DNA of 63,062 nt, counting the filler. It is 6 parts of 6 records of this genome, joined end to end, with 100 filler letters (N's around TTAATTAATTAA, not from the genome) between each part and the next. Parts side by side here need not be neighbours in the genome. Positions count along the whole stretch, not along the records: positions 17,176 to 41,798 come from DRR723986_5273; 5 more parts are not named here. One strand, given 5' to 3'. The position numbers were made by a program, and so were the translations under genes. Below the pieces are notes generated by a model. The model was not told the DNA's origin. It did not search any database and worked only from the letters and a program-made list of their open reading frames with translations. Shown in pieces: positions 19,915 to 29,612 of the stretch; positions within the stretch are counted from its first letter, which is position 1; each line of letters begins with the position of its first letter.

Positions 19915-21186
19915 GTGCTCCAGGGTAAGGAATTGGTGGCGGAGGCAGAACCAGTGCTTGGCGCGATCCGGACGGTATTGGTTGTTGATGACAGCCGATT
20001 GCAGCGTCGTATTTTGACGAGCTCCCTCAAAAAGTGGGGGTTCACCGTTGTTGAGGCTGACAGCGGCGAAGCAGCGATGGAGATCTGCGAATCCGACCCG
20101 CCAGATCTGGTGCTAAGCGATTGGATGATGCCGGGAATGAGCGGGGTGGAGTTTTGCGAAGCTTTTCGCCAACTCAAATCCGATAGCTATTCCTACTTTA
20201 TTCTCCTCACGTCTAAGAGTGAAAAAAATGAAGTTGCTCAGGGGTTAGACGCTGGGGCTGATGATTTTCTGATTAAGCCCGTCAACTCGGACGAGCTGCG
20301 CGCGCGCATCTCGGCGGGTGATCGTATTCTGGGAATGCAGCGGGAACTGTCGGCCAAGAACAGTTTGATCGCGAATGCGCTGGATGATTTGAAGGTGGCG
20401 CATGACGCGATCGACAAGGATCTAAAGCAGGCGCAGAAAATTCAGCAGTCCCTGGTTCCAGAGCTTACCCGTGAATTTGGGGCGTCGCGGATTAGTCTAT
20501 TACTGAAACCATGTGGCCACATCGGTGGTGATTTGGTGGGGATGTTCTCACCTGGTTTGAATCGCGTTGGGTTCTATAGCATCGATGTTTCCGGACATGG
20601 CATAACGTCCGCCATGATGACCGCACGATTGGGGAGCTATCTCTCCAGCCATTACTTTGAACAAAACGTTGCGATGGAGCGGCGTTTCAATCGGTTTTAT
20701 GCCCTACGTCAACCTGAAGACGTTGCGGCCACTTTGAACTCTAGACTGATCGCGGATACCGGTATCGAAGAGTACTTTACGATGGTGTACGGCATCGTTG
20801 ATCTGCGAAGCGGTGTACTAAAAATGGTTCAGGCTGGACACCCGCATCCCTTGGTTTTGCGCCAAGATGGAACCAAAGAGTTCTTAGGTGAGGGGGGTGT
20901 GCCAATTGGGCTGCTACCTGATATTCCCTTTGAACAGTTCGAAACGACCCTAAAGGTCGGGGACCGCTTATTATTGTATTCTGATGGATTTACAGAATGT
21001 CGGCTGGAAAATGGCGAGATGCTGGAACCCGAAGGGTTGTTGGATCTGGTTGATGACTGTGAGTTAAATCAAGGCGGGCCAGAGTTTCTGGATGATCTTT
21101 TCTGGCGGTTGTCACAAGTCATGTCGCCAAAATATGGAATGGAAGACGACGTTTCGGCAACGTTCTTTGAATACAACGGACCATAG
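19915..21186 (+). CDS. Receiver domain plus PP2C/SpoIIE phosphatase (RbaY/RsbU-like)
   Basis: VVDD...SDWMMPGMSG...KP receiver; GGD, DVSGHG, AGHP, LYSDG, DDVS PP2C motifs. Confidence 0.92.
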   Translation: MLQGKELVAEAEPVLGAIRTVLVVDDSRLQRRILTSSLKKWGFTVVEADSGEAAMEICESDPPDLVLSDWMMPGMSGVEFCEAFRQLKSDSYSYFILLTSKSEKNEVAQGLDAGADDFLIKPVNSDELRARISAGDRILGMQRELSAKNSLIANALDDLKVAHDAIDKDLKQAQKIQQSLVPELTREFGASRISLLLKPCGHIGGDLVGMFSPGLNRVGFYSIDVSGHGITSAMMTARLGSYLSSHYFEQNVAMERRFNRFYALRQPEDVAATLNSRLIADTGIEEYFTMVYGIVDLRSGVLKMVQAGHPHPLVLRQDGTKEFLGEGGVPIGLLPDIPFEQFETTLKVGDRLLLYSDGFTECRLENGEMLEPEGLLDLVDDCELNQGGPEFLDDLFWRLSQVMSPKYGMEDDVSATFFEYNGP

Positions 21187-21199
21187 ATACCCCCTGCGC

Positions 21200-21649
21200 T
21201 TAACGCAGGGATCTGGCGTGTTGATGTGCAAAGTGACGGTCCCCAGAGTTGCCAAGCGCCTGAGTTGCGGCATCAGCGTCCATCCAGCGTGCCTCGTGAA
21301 ATTCTTCCCGAGGGGGACCCATGCGCCGTACCGGCGTGGCACGATAGATCATGCAGATTTTTTCGGCCCAGAGATCGTACTCCGGCATAAAGACAAACCG
21401 CCGAAATGTTCCAACCCGACGCGGGGCTGCGATCAGCCAGCCGGTTTCTTCAAAAACCTCACGATGTAGGGCGGCAGTTGGGGATTCACCTGGGTCAATA
21501 CCACCACCAGGAAGCTGTAGTTCAGGGTTCTTGCCGTCATCATACCAGGTGACCAACAAAGCGGTTTGCCGTGGTAACAGCGCGTAGGCGCCGGCACGGC
21601 GAATGTACTTTTGGCCGGGTTCAGGGCTTTCGCCAAAACGTCTGATCAT
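21200..21649 (-). CDS. Nudix hydrolase
   Basis: LPGGGIDPGESPTAALHREVFEETG Nudix box; start MIRRFGE. Confidence 0.9.
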   Translation of the reverse strand: MIRRFGESPEPGQKYIRRAGAYALLPRQTALLVTWYDDGKNPELQLPGGGIDPGESPTAALHREVFEETGWLIAAPRRVGTFRRFVFMPEYDLWAEKICMIYRATPVRRMGPPREEFHEARWMDADAATQALGNSGDRHFAHQHARSLR

Positions 21650-21659
21650 GTAATGACCC

Positions 21660-21687
21660 CTTTTATCACGGCTTGTTCCACCTATAT
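21660..21687 (+). promoter_or_regulatory. Possible RpoH (sigma32) promoter for hslO
   Basis: CTTT-N17-CCTATAT, near the alphaproteobacterial CTTG-N17/18-CYTATNT consensus, upstream of a heat-shock gene. Confidence 0.45.
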
Positions 21688-21726
21688 GGACGCGGTATGC
21701 CAATCTGTGGCGTGTAAGGAAACCCC

Positions 21727-22713
21727 ATGACTATCGGATCAAAAATCGCGTGGGACGACACCGTCCTACCCTTTCAGCTTGATTTACCAGATATGCGCGG
21801 CCGCGTTGCCCGTTTGGATGGTGTGCTTGACGGCATTCTAAAGCAGCATGATTACCCGCCTCAGGTTGAGGCGCTGGTCGCAGAAATGGCGCTGTTGACG
21901 GCCCTGATCGGGCAAACGATCAAGCTGCGTTGGAAATTGTCGCTGCAGGTGCAGTCCAAGGGTGCGGTGCGGATGATCGCGACCGATTATTACGCGCCTC
22001 AGAAAGAGGGCGAAGCCGCCCGGATTCGGGCCTATGCCACTTATGATGCGGATCGTCTGACCGATGCTGCACCGTTTGATCAGGTCGGTGATGGGTACTT
22101 TGCGGTGCTGATCGATCAGGGTGAAGGCAACAAGCCGTATCAGGGAATTACTTCTTTGGACGGAGCCACGTTGAGCGAATGCGCCGAAGCTTATTTTGCG
22201 CAGTCAGAACAGCTGCCGACACAGTTCAATCTGAGTTTTGGAAAGTCTTCAGCACCTGGTGTGGCCGAGCATTGGCGTGCTGGCGGCGTTATGTTGCAGC
22301 ACATCCCCAAGGCATCGCCCTTTGTGGCACAAGAGGACGGCACGGGCGAAGACCTGAAGCCCGCAGATTTGCTTGCAGGTGAAGAAAGCGAAAACTGGAA
22401 TCGAGTGAACATGCTGTTGGAAACCGTCGAAGAGCTGGAATTGATCGGCCCATCGGTTGCACCGACGGATCTGTTGGTGCGTTTGTTCCACGAGGAACAG
22501 CCGCGGATCTATGATGCGCAAGCTGTGCAGTTTGGCTGCACCTGTTCCGAGGATCGTGTGCGTCAAAGCCTGTCGATCTATTCGGCCAAAGATATTGCAA
22601 CGATGACCACTGACGACGGTGATGTGACAGCTGATTGTCAGTTCTGTGGCGCACATTACGTGCTTGATCCCAAGTCCGTTGGGTTCGAAGCGGAACAGCT
22701 AGACAGTGAGTGA
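21727..22713 (+). CDS. hslO: Hsp33 redox-regulated chaperone
   Basis: YQGI, YFAQSEQLPT, AGGVMLQ; zinc motif CTC...CQFC. Confidence 0.95.
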   Translation: MTIGSKIAWDDTVLPFQLDLPDMRGRVARLDGVLDGILKQHDYPPQVEALVAEMALLTALIGQTIKLRWKLSLQVQSKGAVRMIATDYYAPQKEGEAARIRAYATYDADRLTDAAPFDQVGDGYFAVLIDQGEGNKPYQGITSLDGATLSECAEAYFAQSEQLPTQFNLSFGKSSAPGVAEHWRAGGVMLQHIPKASPFVAQEDGTGEDLKPADLLAGEESENWNRVNMLLETVEELELIGPSVAPTDLLVRLFHEEQPRIYDAQAVQFGCTCSEDRVRQSLSIYSAKDIATMTTDDGDVTADCQFCGAHYVLDPKSVGFEAEQLDSE

Positions 22714-23302
22714 CATCGTATCCGATCTGAAGGCGGCACTGGAGCGACCGGGGCATGGATCAAGTGATTTTGATCTGAATCCCGAAGTTGTGCTGCCCAA
22801 AGGTCGGCGTTTGCGTCCTGCTGGTGTGTTGATTGCTGTTTCGCTGGCCACTGATACCCCTCGTGTGATTTTGACCAAGCGTTCATCGGCTTTGAAACAC
22901 CACCCGGGGCAAATCGCATTTCCGGGTGGCAAGCAGGAAGACTCCGATGCGGATGTCGTCGCTGCCGCTTTGCGCGAAGCCGAAGAAGAAATCGGTTTAC
23001 CGCGCACTGTGCCAACGGTCTTGGGTCCGTTGCCCGAACATGAAACGGTTACGTCCTTTCAGGTCACACCAGTTCTTGCAATTATCGATCAATCCTTTGT
23101 TGCCACCCCCGAAGCGGGTGAGGTTGAAGAGGTGTTTTCCGTGCCATTGGCGCATGTGTTGAACCCGGACAACTACATTGTTGAATCGCGGCGTTGGCGC
23201 GGACAGCGACGTCGGTACTTCACGGTTCCGTTTGGACCCTATTATATTTGGGGTGCAACAGCGCGCATGTTGCGGGGGTTGGCTGCGCGGGTGCAGGCAT
23301 GA
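22706..23302 (+). CDS. CoA pyrophosphatase, Nudix family
   Basis: LTKRSSALKHHPGQIAFPGGK...ALREAEEEIG; IWGATA. Confidence 0.92.
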   Translation: MSDIVSDLKAALERPGHGSSDFDLNPEVVLPKGRRLRPAGVLIAVSLATDTPRVILTKRSSALKHHPGQIAFPGGKQEDSDADVVAAALREAEEEIGLPRTVPTVLGPLPEHETVTSFQVTPVLAIIDQSFVATPEAGEVEEVFSVPLAHVLNPDNYIVESRRWRGQRRRYFTVPFGPYYIWGATARMLRGLAARVQA

Positions 23303-24462
23303 CCCGGATTTCAGACAGTTGGATATTTGATCCGTCTACACAAATAGTGTGCGCGGCTTTGACCAATGACGGTGCAACAGCGCTGTTTGTCGGGGGGTGC
23401 GTACGCAATGCGTTGTTGGGTGCGCCGGTCTCGGATATCGACATCGCCACGGATGCCACACCGGATTGCGTGATGCGGCTGGCCAAAGCTGCGGGTATTC
23501 GTGCCATCCCAACTGGAATTGATCATGGCACGGTTACATTGGTGCAGGACGGCATCCCGCACGAGATCACAACCTTTCGTCGTGATGTGGCAACGGACGG
23601 TCGACGGGCCGTTGTGGCGTTTTCTACTGACGTCACCGAAGACGCTGCGCGGCGCGATTTCACTATGAATGCGCTTTATGCGCGTCCTGACGGAGAGATT
23701 TTAGATCCGCTCAACGGATTGCCAGATCTCCATGCACGTCGTGTCCGTTTTATCGGCAATGCGCGCGACCGTATCCAAGAGGACTACCTGCGCTCGATGC
23801 GGTATTTCCGGTTTCATGCATGGTATGGCGATGAAACGGCTGGGCTGGACCCAGAGGCGCTGGGCGCAATCTCTGAAAATCTAGAGGGCTTGGAAACACT
23901 CTCGCGCGAACGGGTGGGGGTTGAGTTACTGAAGCTGTTGCAGGCGACAGATCCGGCCCCAGCGGTGGCCGCAATGCGGTCAACAGGGGTGTTGAATGCA
24001 ATTTTGCCCGGTACAGATGATCGCGCATTGGCGCTTGTCGTTCATACCGAAGTCTCAGCCGATGTTGATCCAGACGGATTGCGCCGGTTAGCGGCATTGG
24101 GTGATATCCACCCCATGGCGCAATTGCGGTTGAGTAAAGCCCAGTCTGGACGTCTGAAACGGCTTCGGACGGCTGCGTTAGACACGTCTGTGATGGCTGC
24201 AGAATTGGCGTACCGGCTTGGATCTGATCTTGCGCGGGATGCGTTGATTGTGCGGTCCGCTTTGCTTGAACAGCCTTGGGATGTGAGTACTGAACAACAG
24301 ATCACACTGGGCGCCCAAGCGGATTTCCCGGTGCAGGCTGCTGATCTGATGCCCGAGTATCAAGGTCAGGCGCTAGGCGCCCAATTAAAGCTGCTTGAAA
24401 CTGCGTGGATCGCGTCGGGGTTCACTCTGGGGCGGGCAGAATTGTTATCCCTTGAAAAGTAA
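23299..24462 (+). CDS. cca: CCA tRNA nucleotidyltransferase
   Basis: VGGCVRN..DIDIAT, EITTFR, DAARRDFTMNA, EDYLR; ATGA overlap with the upstream gene. Confidence 0.9.
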   Translation: MTRISDSWIFDPSTQIVCAALTNDGATALFVGGCVRNALLGAPVSDIDIATDATPDCVMRLAKAAGIRAIPTGIDHGTVTLVQDGIPHEITTFRRDVATDGRRAVVAFSTDVTEDAARRDFTMNALYARPDGEILDPLNGLPDLHARRVRFIGNARDRIQEDYLRSMRYFRFHAWYGDETAGLDPEALGAISENLEGLETLSRERVGVELLKLLQATDPAPAVAAMRSTGVLNAILPGTDDRALALVVHTEVSADVDPDGLRRLAALGDIHPMAQLRLSKAQSGRLKRLRTAALDTSVMAAELAYRLGSDLARDALIVRSALLEQPWDVSTEQQITLGAQADFPVQAADLMPEYQGQALGAQLKLLETAWIASGFTLGRAELLSLEK

Positions 24463-24542
24463 CGTCGGGTTTGAATCTTTTTAGGTGACAAGCTTAGATC
24501 TTTGCAGCTAGGTTTTGCAGGCTACATAACGGAGGGCAGCGA

Positions 24543-24569
24543 ATGTATTACGGGATTTGGTTCACTTAA
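24543..24569 (+). CDS. Putative leader peptide MYYGIWFT upstream of ABC exporter pair
   Basis: GGAGGG at 24531-24536, then ATG TAT TAC GGG ATT TGG TTC ACT TAA. Confidence 0.55.
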   Translation: MYYGIWFT

Positions 24570-24653
24570 TCTGAGGTGATCGCCCCGCTTGGGTGGTGCC
24601 TTGGCTCCGCCTCTTTCGCACGTCCAATTTTTAGCTCATCCGGAGCAATTGTT

Positions 24654-26492
24654 ATGTTTCGATTTTTCGAAAACCTTGTTGACCCCTATATTGCCTATGC
24701 AGAACAAGACACGCCGCCCACGCGGTTGTGGCCCTTTATGTTGGCCTATTCAAAGCCGTTCCTGCAGGTGTTTTTCTGGGCTGGCTTGTTGTCGTTTGTT
24801 GTGGCCGCCGTCGAGATTGGTCTGATCTATTATATGGGTCGGATCGTTGATCTGCTGGGGGGTACGCCCGCCGAAGTCTGGGCCAATCACGGTACTGAAT
24901 TCATCATCCTTGCGTTGTTTGTGCTGTTGGTGCGCCCATTGCTGCACGTGGCTGACGTGCTGCTTTTGAACAACTCGATCCTGCCTAATTTTGGAACCCT
25001 GATCCGTTGGCGCGCGCATAAACACGTGTTGCGGCAGTCCGTTGGTTGGTTTGAGAATGATTTTGCCGGGCGCATCGCGAACCGGATCATGCAAACCCCG
25101 CCTGCCGCTGGTGAAGTGGTGTTCCAGGTCTTTGATGCCATCTCGTTTTCAGTGGCCTATCTGATCGGGGCAGCCATCCTGTTGATGGCTGCGGATGTGC
25201 GGCTTCTGTTGCCGTTGATCGGATGGTTTGTGCTGTATGCGGCACTTGTCAAATGGACTGTCTCACGCGTTGGCCCTGCATCGCAGGCCGCATCGGATGC
25301 GCGGTCTACCGTGACGGGGCGCGTGGTCGATAGCTACTCGAATATCCATTCGGTCAAGATGTTCGCCCATCATGAGCAAGAGCTGACTTATGCCAAGGAA
25401 GCCATCGAAAACACACGCAAGACGTTTCAGGCCGAGATGCGGATTTTCACTGTCATGGACACGGTTTTGGTGACGCTGAACGGTGTGTTGATCGTTGGTG
25501 TTGTCGGTTGGGCGATCATGTTGTGGATGCAGGGTGAGGCCTCTGTTGGTGTGGTCGCTGCAGCAACGGCGCTGACATTGCGCTTGAACGCTATGACGGC
25601 TTGGATCATGTGGGCGCTGACGTCCTTTTTCCGTCAACTTGGTGTGGTGGCCGAAGGGATGGAAACCATCGCCAATCCGATTGCACTGGTTGATGCGCCC
25701 GAGGCAAAGCCATTGGTGTTGGATCGGGGGCAGATCGAGCTTCGGAATCTGTCACACCATTATGGTCGGGAAACGGGGGGACTGGACCAGATTGATCTGA
25801 CCATTGCAGCGGGTGAAAAGATCGGTCTGATTGGGCGATCTGGTGCTGGCAAATCGACCTTGGTAAAACTGTTGTTGCGGTTCTATGACGCTGACAAAGG
25901 TTCGATTTTGTTTGACGGTCAGGACATCCGCAACGTGACTCAAGACAGCCTGCGCAGTCATATCGGGATGGTGCAGCAAGACAGTTCGCTGTTGCACCGA
26001 TCCGTGCGAGATAATCTGTTGTATGGCCGCCCGGATGCAAGCGAAGAAGAGGTCATTGCCGCCGCCAAACAAGCCGAAGCGCATGAATTCATTCTGAACC
26101 TTGAGGACCCGCAGGGTCGTACAGGGTATGATGCACATGTGGGCGAGCGCGGCGTGAAGCTGTCGGGTGGTCAACGGCAACGTGTGACCTTGGCGCGCGT
26201 GGTGCTTAAGAACGCCCCGATCCTGTTGTTGGACGAGGCGACTTCGGCCCTGGATTCTGAGGTTGAAGCCGCCATTCAGGATACTCTATATGGCATGATG
26301 CAAGGCAAAACGGTGATCGCAATTGCGCACCGACTCAGCACAATCGCGCAAATGGACCGGATCCTGGTGATGGATCAGGGCCGCATTGTAGAACAAGGCG
26401 GACACGATGAATTGTTGGCGCAGAACGGGCTGTATGCTCAATTCTGGGCGCGGCAATCGGGTGGCTTCCTGACACCGGAGGCTGCAGAGTGA
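24654..26492 (+). CDS. ABC exporter, fused TMD-NBD (multidrug-type), subunit 1
   Basis: Multi-TM N-terminus; GRSGAGKST, LSGGQRQR, LLLDEATSALD, AHRLST; start MFRFFENL. Confidence 0.95.
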   Translation: MFRFFENLVDPYIAYAEQDTPPTRLWPFMLAYSKPFLQVFFWAGLLSFVVAAVEIGLIYYMGRIVDLLGGTPAEVWANHGTEFIILALFVLLVRPLLHVADVLLLNNSILPNFGTLIRWRAHKHVLRQSVGWFENDFAGRIANRIMQTPPAAGEVVFQVFDAISFSVAYLIGAAILLMAADVRLLLPLIGWFVLYAALVKWTVSRVGPASQAASDARSTVTGRVVDSYSNIHSVKMFAHHEQELTYAKEAIENTRKTFQAEMRIFTVMDTVLVTLNGVLIVGVVGWAIMLWMQGEASVGVVAAATALTLRLNAMTAWIMWALTSFFRQLGVVAEGMETIANPIALVDAPEAKPLVLDRGQIELRNLSHHYGRETGGLDQIDLTIAAGEKIGLIGRSGAGKSTLVKLLLRFYDADKGSILFDGQDIRNVTQDSLRSHIGMVQQDSSLLHRSVRDNLLYGRPDASEEEVIAAAKQAEAHEFILNLEDPQGRTGYDAHVGERGVKLSGGQRQRVTLARVVLKNAPILLLDEATSALDSEVEAAIQDTLYGMMQGKTVIAIAHRLSTIAQMDRILVMDQGRIVEQGGHDELLAQNGLYAQFWARQSGGFLTPEAAE

Positions 26493-28321
26493 ACGTTTCA
26501 AACCTGATCGACCCCTTTAGGCCCACCAACACCCCACCCCCTGAAACACTTGGTGCGTTCCTTAGGTGGTGTTTGGCTGGGGCTTGGCCCATGTTGTTTG
26601 TGGCCGCTTTCTTTTCCGCTGCTGCCGGGGCTATGGAAGCGGGCACCGCTTGGGTGCTAGGTCTTGTGATCGACAGCGCCGTGGACAATGGCCCGGATGT
26701 GTTCTTTTCCGCAACAAACCTTGGTTTGATATTGGGGTCAGTGGCGTTTTTCTTGTTGGTGCGACCCGCGTTGTTTGGGTTGTCGTCTATTTCCAACGCG
26801 ATGATTGTTCAGCCCAATGTCCCGCCTTTGGTTCTTGCGAAATTGAACCGTTGGACTCTGGGCCAATCCGTCACCTTCTTTGATGATGATTTTGCAGGTC
26901 GGATTGCCCAAAAGCAGATGCAGACAGCTAATTCCATCGGCTCCGTTGTGTCCGAGGCGATCAGCGCGATTGTCTTTGCGTTGGCGTCACTGGTTGGGTC
27001 GCTTGCCTTGCTTGGGATGATCAATCCGTGGGTTATCGTGCCGTTTGCGATGTGGTTGGTTGCCTATTTCACCTTGATCCGTTGGTACATGCCACGGGCG
27101 CGGAAATTGTCGGCGGCACGTGCAGGTGCAAAGGCGCTGGTCACCGGTCAGGTGGTGGATACGATCACCAATATCAAGACGGTGAAATTGTTTGCCCTGT
27201 CCCAGCACGAGGATACCGTGGCGCGCGATGCTATGGGTGGTTTGCGGGATAAGGCGATAGATTTTGGCCGTATGTCAGCCAGCTTTCGAATTCTGCTGAT
27301 GACATTGGCGGGCGTTTTGCCCGTTTTATTGATTGGCGCGACGCTATTGTTGTGGAAGGTCGGGAATGCCACAGCCGGGGATGTTGTAGCAGCTGGTGCT
27401 GTGTCTATTCGGATTGCCCAGATGACAGGTTGGGTCAGCTTTACACTGATGGGCCTTTATTCCAATGTCGGTGAGATTGAGAATGGCATGAAGACGCTCG
27501 CCCGGCGGGACCGGGTCGAAGACGTTGCCAATGCGTCCGAGTTGCAGGTTGCCGGCGGTCAGATCGAACTGGATCATCTGTCGTTTGCTTATGGGCGCGA
27601 CATTGGTGGGATCAGGGATATATCACTAACCATCAAACCGGGCGAAAAGCTGGGTATTGTCGGTGCATCAGGGGCAGGGAAATCAACGCTCGTGTCGTTG
27701 TTGTTGCGGCTCTATGACGGGGAAAAAGGCCATATTCGTATCGATGGTCAGGATATTGCAGCCGTTTCACAGGATAGTCTGCGTCGTCACATTGGTATGG
27801 TCACGCAAGAGACGGCGATGTTCAACCGATCCGCGCGCGATAACATTTTGTATGGCAATCCTGACGCCACCGAGGATCAGGTCATCGCGGCGGCACAAAA
27901 GGCCGAAGCGCATGAATTCATCCAGATGTTGCAAGATGCCAAGGGGCGCAAAGGGTATGATGCCCATTTGGGCGAGCGCGGTGTAAAACTCTCTGGGGGG
28001 CAGCGCCAGCGGATCGCGCTTGCGCGTGCAATTCTAAAGGATGCTCCGATTTTAGTGCTGGACGAAGCCACCAGCGCCCTCGATTCCGAGGTCGAAGCGG
28101 CGATTCAAACCGCTCTGCATCGTGTAATGGAGGGCAAGACCGTGCTGGCCATCGCGCACCGCCTGTCGACCCTCAGCGAGATGGACCGGATCATAGTGAT
28201 GGACCAAGGTCAGATCGCTGAAATGGGTACACATGAGACAATGTTGGGGCAGGGTGGTTTGTATGCGCAGTTCTGGCACCGACAATCTGGTGGGTTTATC
28301 CAGACAGAAGCCGCAGAATAA
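26489..28321 (+). CDS. ABC exporter, fused TMD-NBD (multidrug-type), subunit 2
   Basis: GASGAGKST, LSGGQRQR, LVLDEATSALD, AHRLST; GTGA overlap with subunit 1. Confidence 0.95.
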   Translation: MNVSNLIDPFRPTNTPPPETLGAFLRWCLAGAWPMLFVAAFFSAAAGAMEAGTAWVLGLVIDSAVDNGPDVFFSATNLGLILGSVAFFLLVRPALFGLSSISNAMIVQPNVPPLVLAKLNRWTLGQSVTFFDDDFAGRIAQKQMQTANSIGSVVSEAISAIVFALASLVGSLALLGMINPWVIVPFAMWLVAYFTLIRWYMPRARKLSAARAGAKALVTGQVVDTITNIKTVKLFALSQHEDTVARDAMGGLRDKAIDFGRMSASFRILLMTLAGVLPVLLIGATLLLWKVGNATAGDVVAAGAVSIRIAQMTGWVSFTLMGLYSNVGEIENGMKTLARRDRVEDVANASELQVAGGQIELDHLSFAYGRDIGGIRDISLTIKPGEKLGIVGASGAGKSTLVSLLLRLYDGEKGHIRIDGQDIAAVSQDSLRRHIGMVTQETAMFNRSARDNILYGNPDATEDQVIAAAQKAEAHEFIQMLQDAKGRKGYDAHLGERGVKLSGGQRQRIALARAILKDAPILVLDEATSALDSEVEAAIQTALHRVMEGKTVLAIAHRLSTLSEMDRIIVMDQGQIAEMGTHETMLGQGGLYAQFWHRQSGGFIQTEAAE

Positions 28322-28359
28322 GGCTTTTGCCGAGGTGAAAGCCCCGGTATCAGGCTATT

Positions 28360-29592
28360 ATGAGCCAGCAATACAACATAGCCAGACTGGGCCACCAAGG
28401 CGACGGGATCGCCGATGGCCCTATTTTTGCCTCTCGGACCCTACCGGGAGAGACTGTCACCGGAACGTTAGAGGGCAATCAGCTCACTGATATTCGGGTT
28501 GAGACGCCTTCGGATGATCGGGTCAAAGCCCCATGCCGCCACTATAAATCCTGTGGTGGGTGCCAGTTGCAGCATGCATCGGATAAATTCGTAGCAGATT
28601 GGAAGCTGGGCGTAGTGCGCAAGGCGCTTGACGCACAGGGGATAGAGACCGAATTTCGCCCCCTTCATACATCGCCTGTGGCATCCCGTCGTCGGGCAAC
28701 CGTTTCTGTGCGGCGGACCAAAAAGGGTACGCTGGCTGGATTTCACGGGCGCGCGTCAGGCGTGATTACCGAAATCCCTGACTGTCAATTGTTGGACCCG
28801 GCGCTGATCGCGGCAATTCCGTCGGTCGAAGAATTGGCCTTGATCGGCGGCAGTCGCAAAGGCGAATTGGCGGTGACGCTCACCCTGTCCGAGGTTGGGT
28901 TGGACATTTCTGTGCGTGGTGGCAAGCCGCTGGACGGTCCGTTGCAAATGACATTGGCGCAGGTGATTGCCCAAAAGGGATGGGCGCGATTGGCTTGGGA
29001 TGACGAAGTCATCGCCATGGCAAACCCTCCGCGGCAGCGATTTGGTGCGGCGTTGGTTGTCCCACCCCCCGGCGCGTTCCTGCAGGCGACCAAGGATGGA
29101 GAGCAGGCGTTGCTGGCCGCTGTTCTCGAAATCACCAGCGGTTCAAAGCGGGTGATTGATCTGTTTGCAGGGTGCGGTACCTTTAGTTTGCCATTGGCCG
29201 AAACGGCTGAGGTGCTCGCGGTTGAGGGCGAGGCTGAAATGACGGTGGCCTTGGATCAGGGATGGCGTATGGCGCGCGGGTTAAAGACAGTCACGGCTAC
29301 GACCCGTGATTTGTTCCGACGCCCTTTCATGCCTGATGAGCTGGCCAAATTTGACGCTGTTGTGTTGGATCCGCCGCGCGCCGGGGCCGAAGCACAGATT
29401 TCTGAGTTGGTACAAGCCAAGCGACCGGTGATCGCCTATGTCTCTTGCAACCCAGTGACGTTTGCGCGGGACGCCGAGCGGCTCGTTTCGGCGGGGTATC
29501 GCCTGAATTGGGTGCAGGTGGTCGATCAGTTCCGCTGGTCTGCGCACGTAGAACTTGCAGCGTCTTTCACCTTATCACATATGAACGACTGA
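28360..29592 (+). CDS. RNA m5U methyltransferase, RlmD/TrmA family
   Basis: CRHYKSCGGCQLQH Fe-S motif, AFLQAT, DLFAGCG, LDPPRAG, YVSCNP. Confidence 0.92.
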   Translation: MSQQYNIARLGHQGDGIADGPIFASRTLPGETVTGTLEGNQLTDIRVETPSDDRVKAPCRHYKSCGGCQLQHASDKFVADWKLGVVRKALDAQGIETEFRPLHTSPVASRRRATVSVRRTKKGTLAGFHGRASGVITEIPDCQLLDPALIAAIPSVEELALIGGSRKGELAVTLTLSEVGLDISVRGGKPLDGPLQMTLAQVIAQKGWARLAWDDEVIAMANPPRQRFGAALVVPPPGAFLQATKDGEQALLAAVLEITSGSKRVIDLFAGCGTFSLPLAETAEVLAVEGEAEMTVALDQGWRMARGLKTVTATTRDLFRRPFMPDELAKFDAVVLDPPRAGAEAQISELVQAKRPVIAYVSCNPVTFARDAERLVSAGYRLNWVQVVDQFRWSAHVELAASFTLSHMND

Positions 29593-29612
29593 GCAGTCAG
29601 GAGCAGCAGGTT

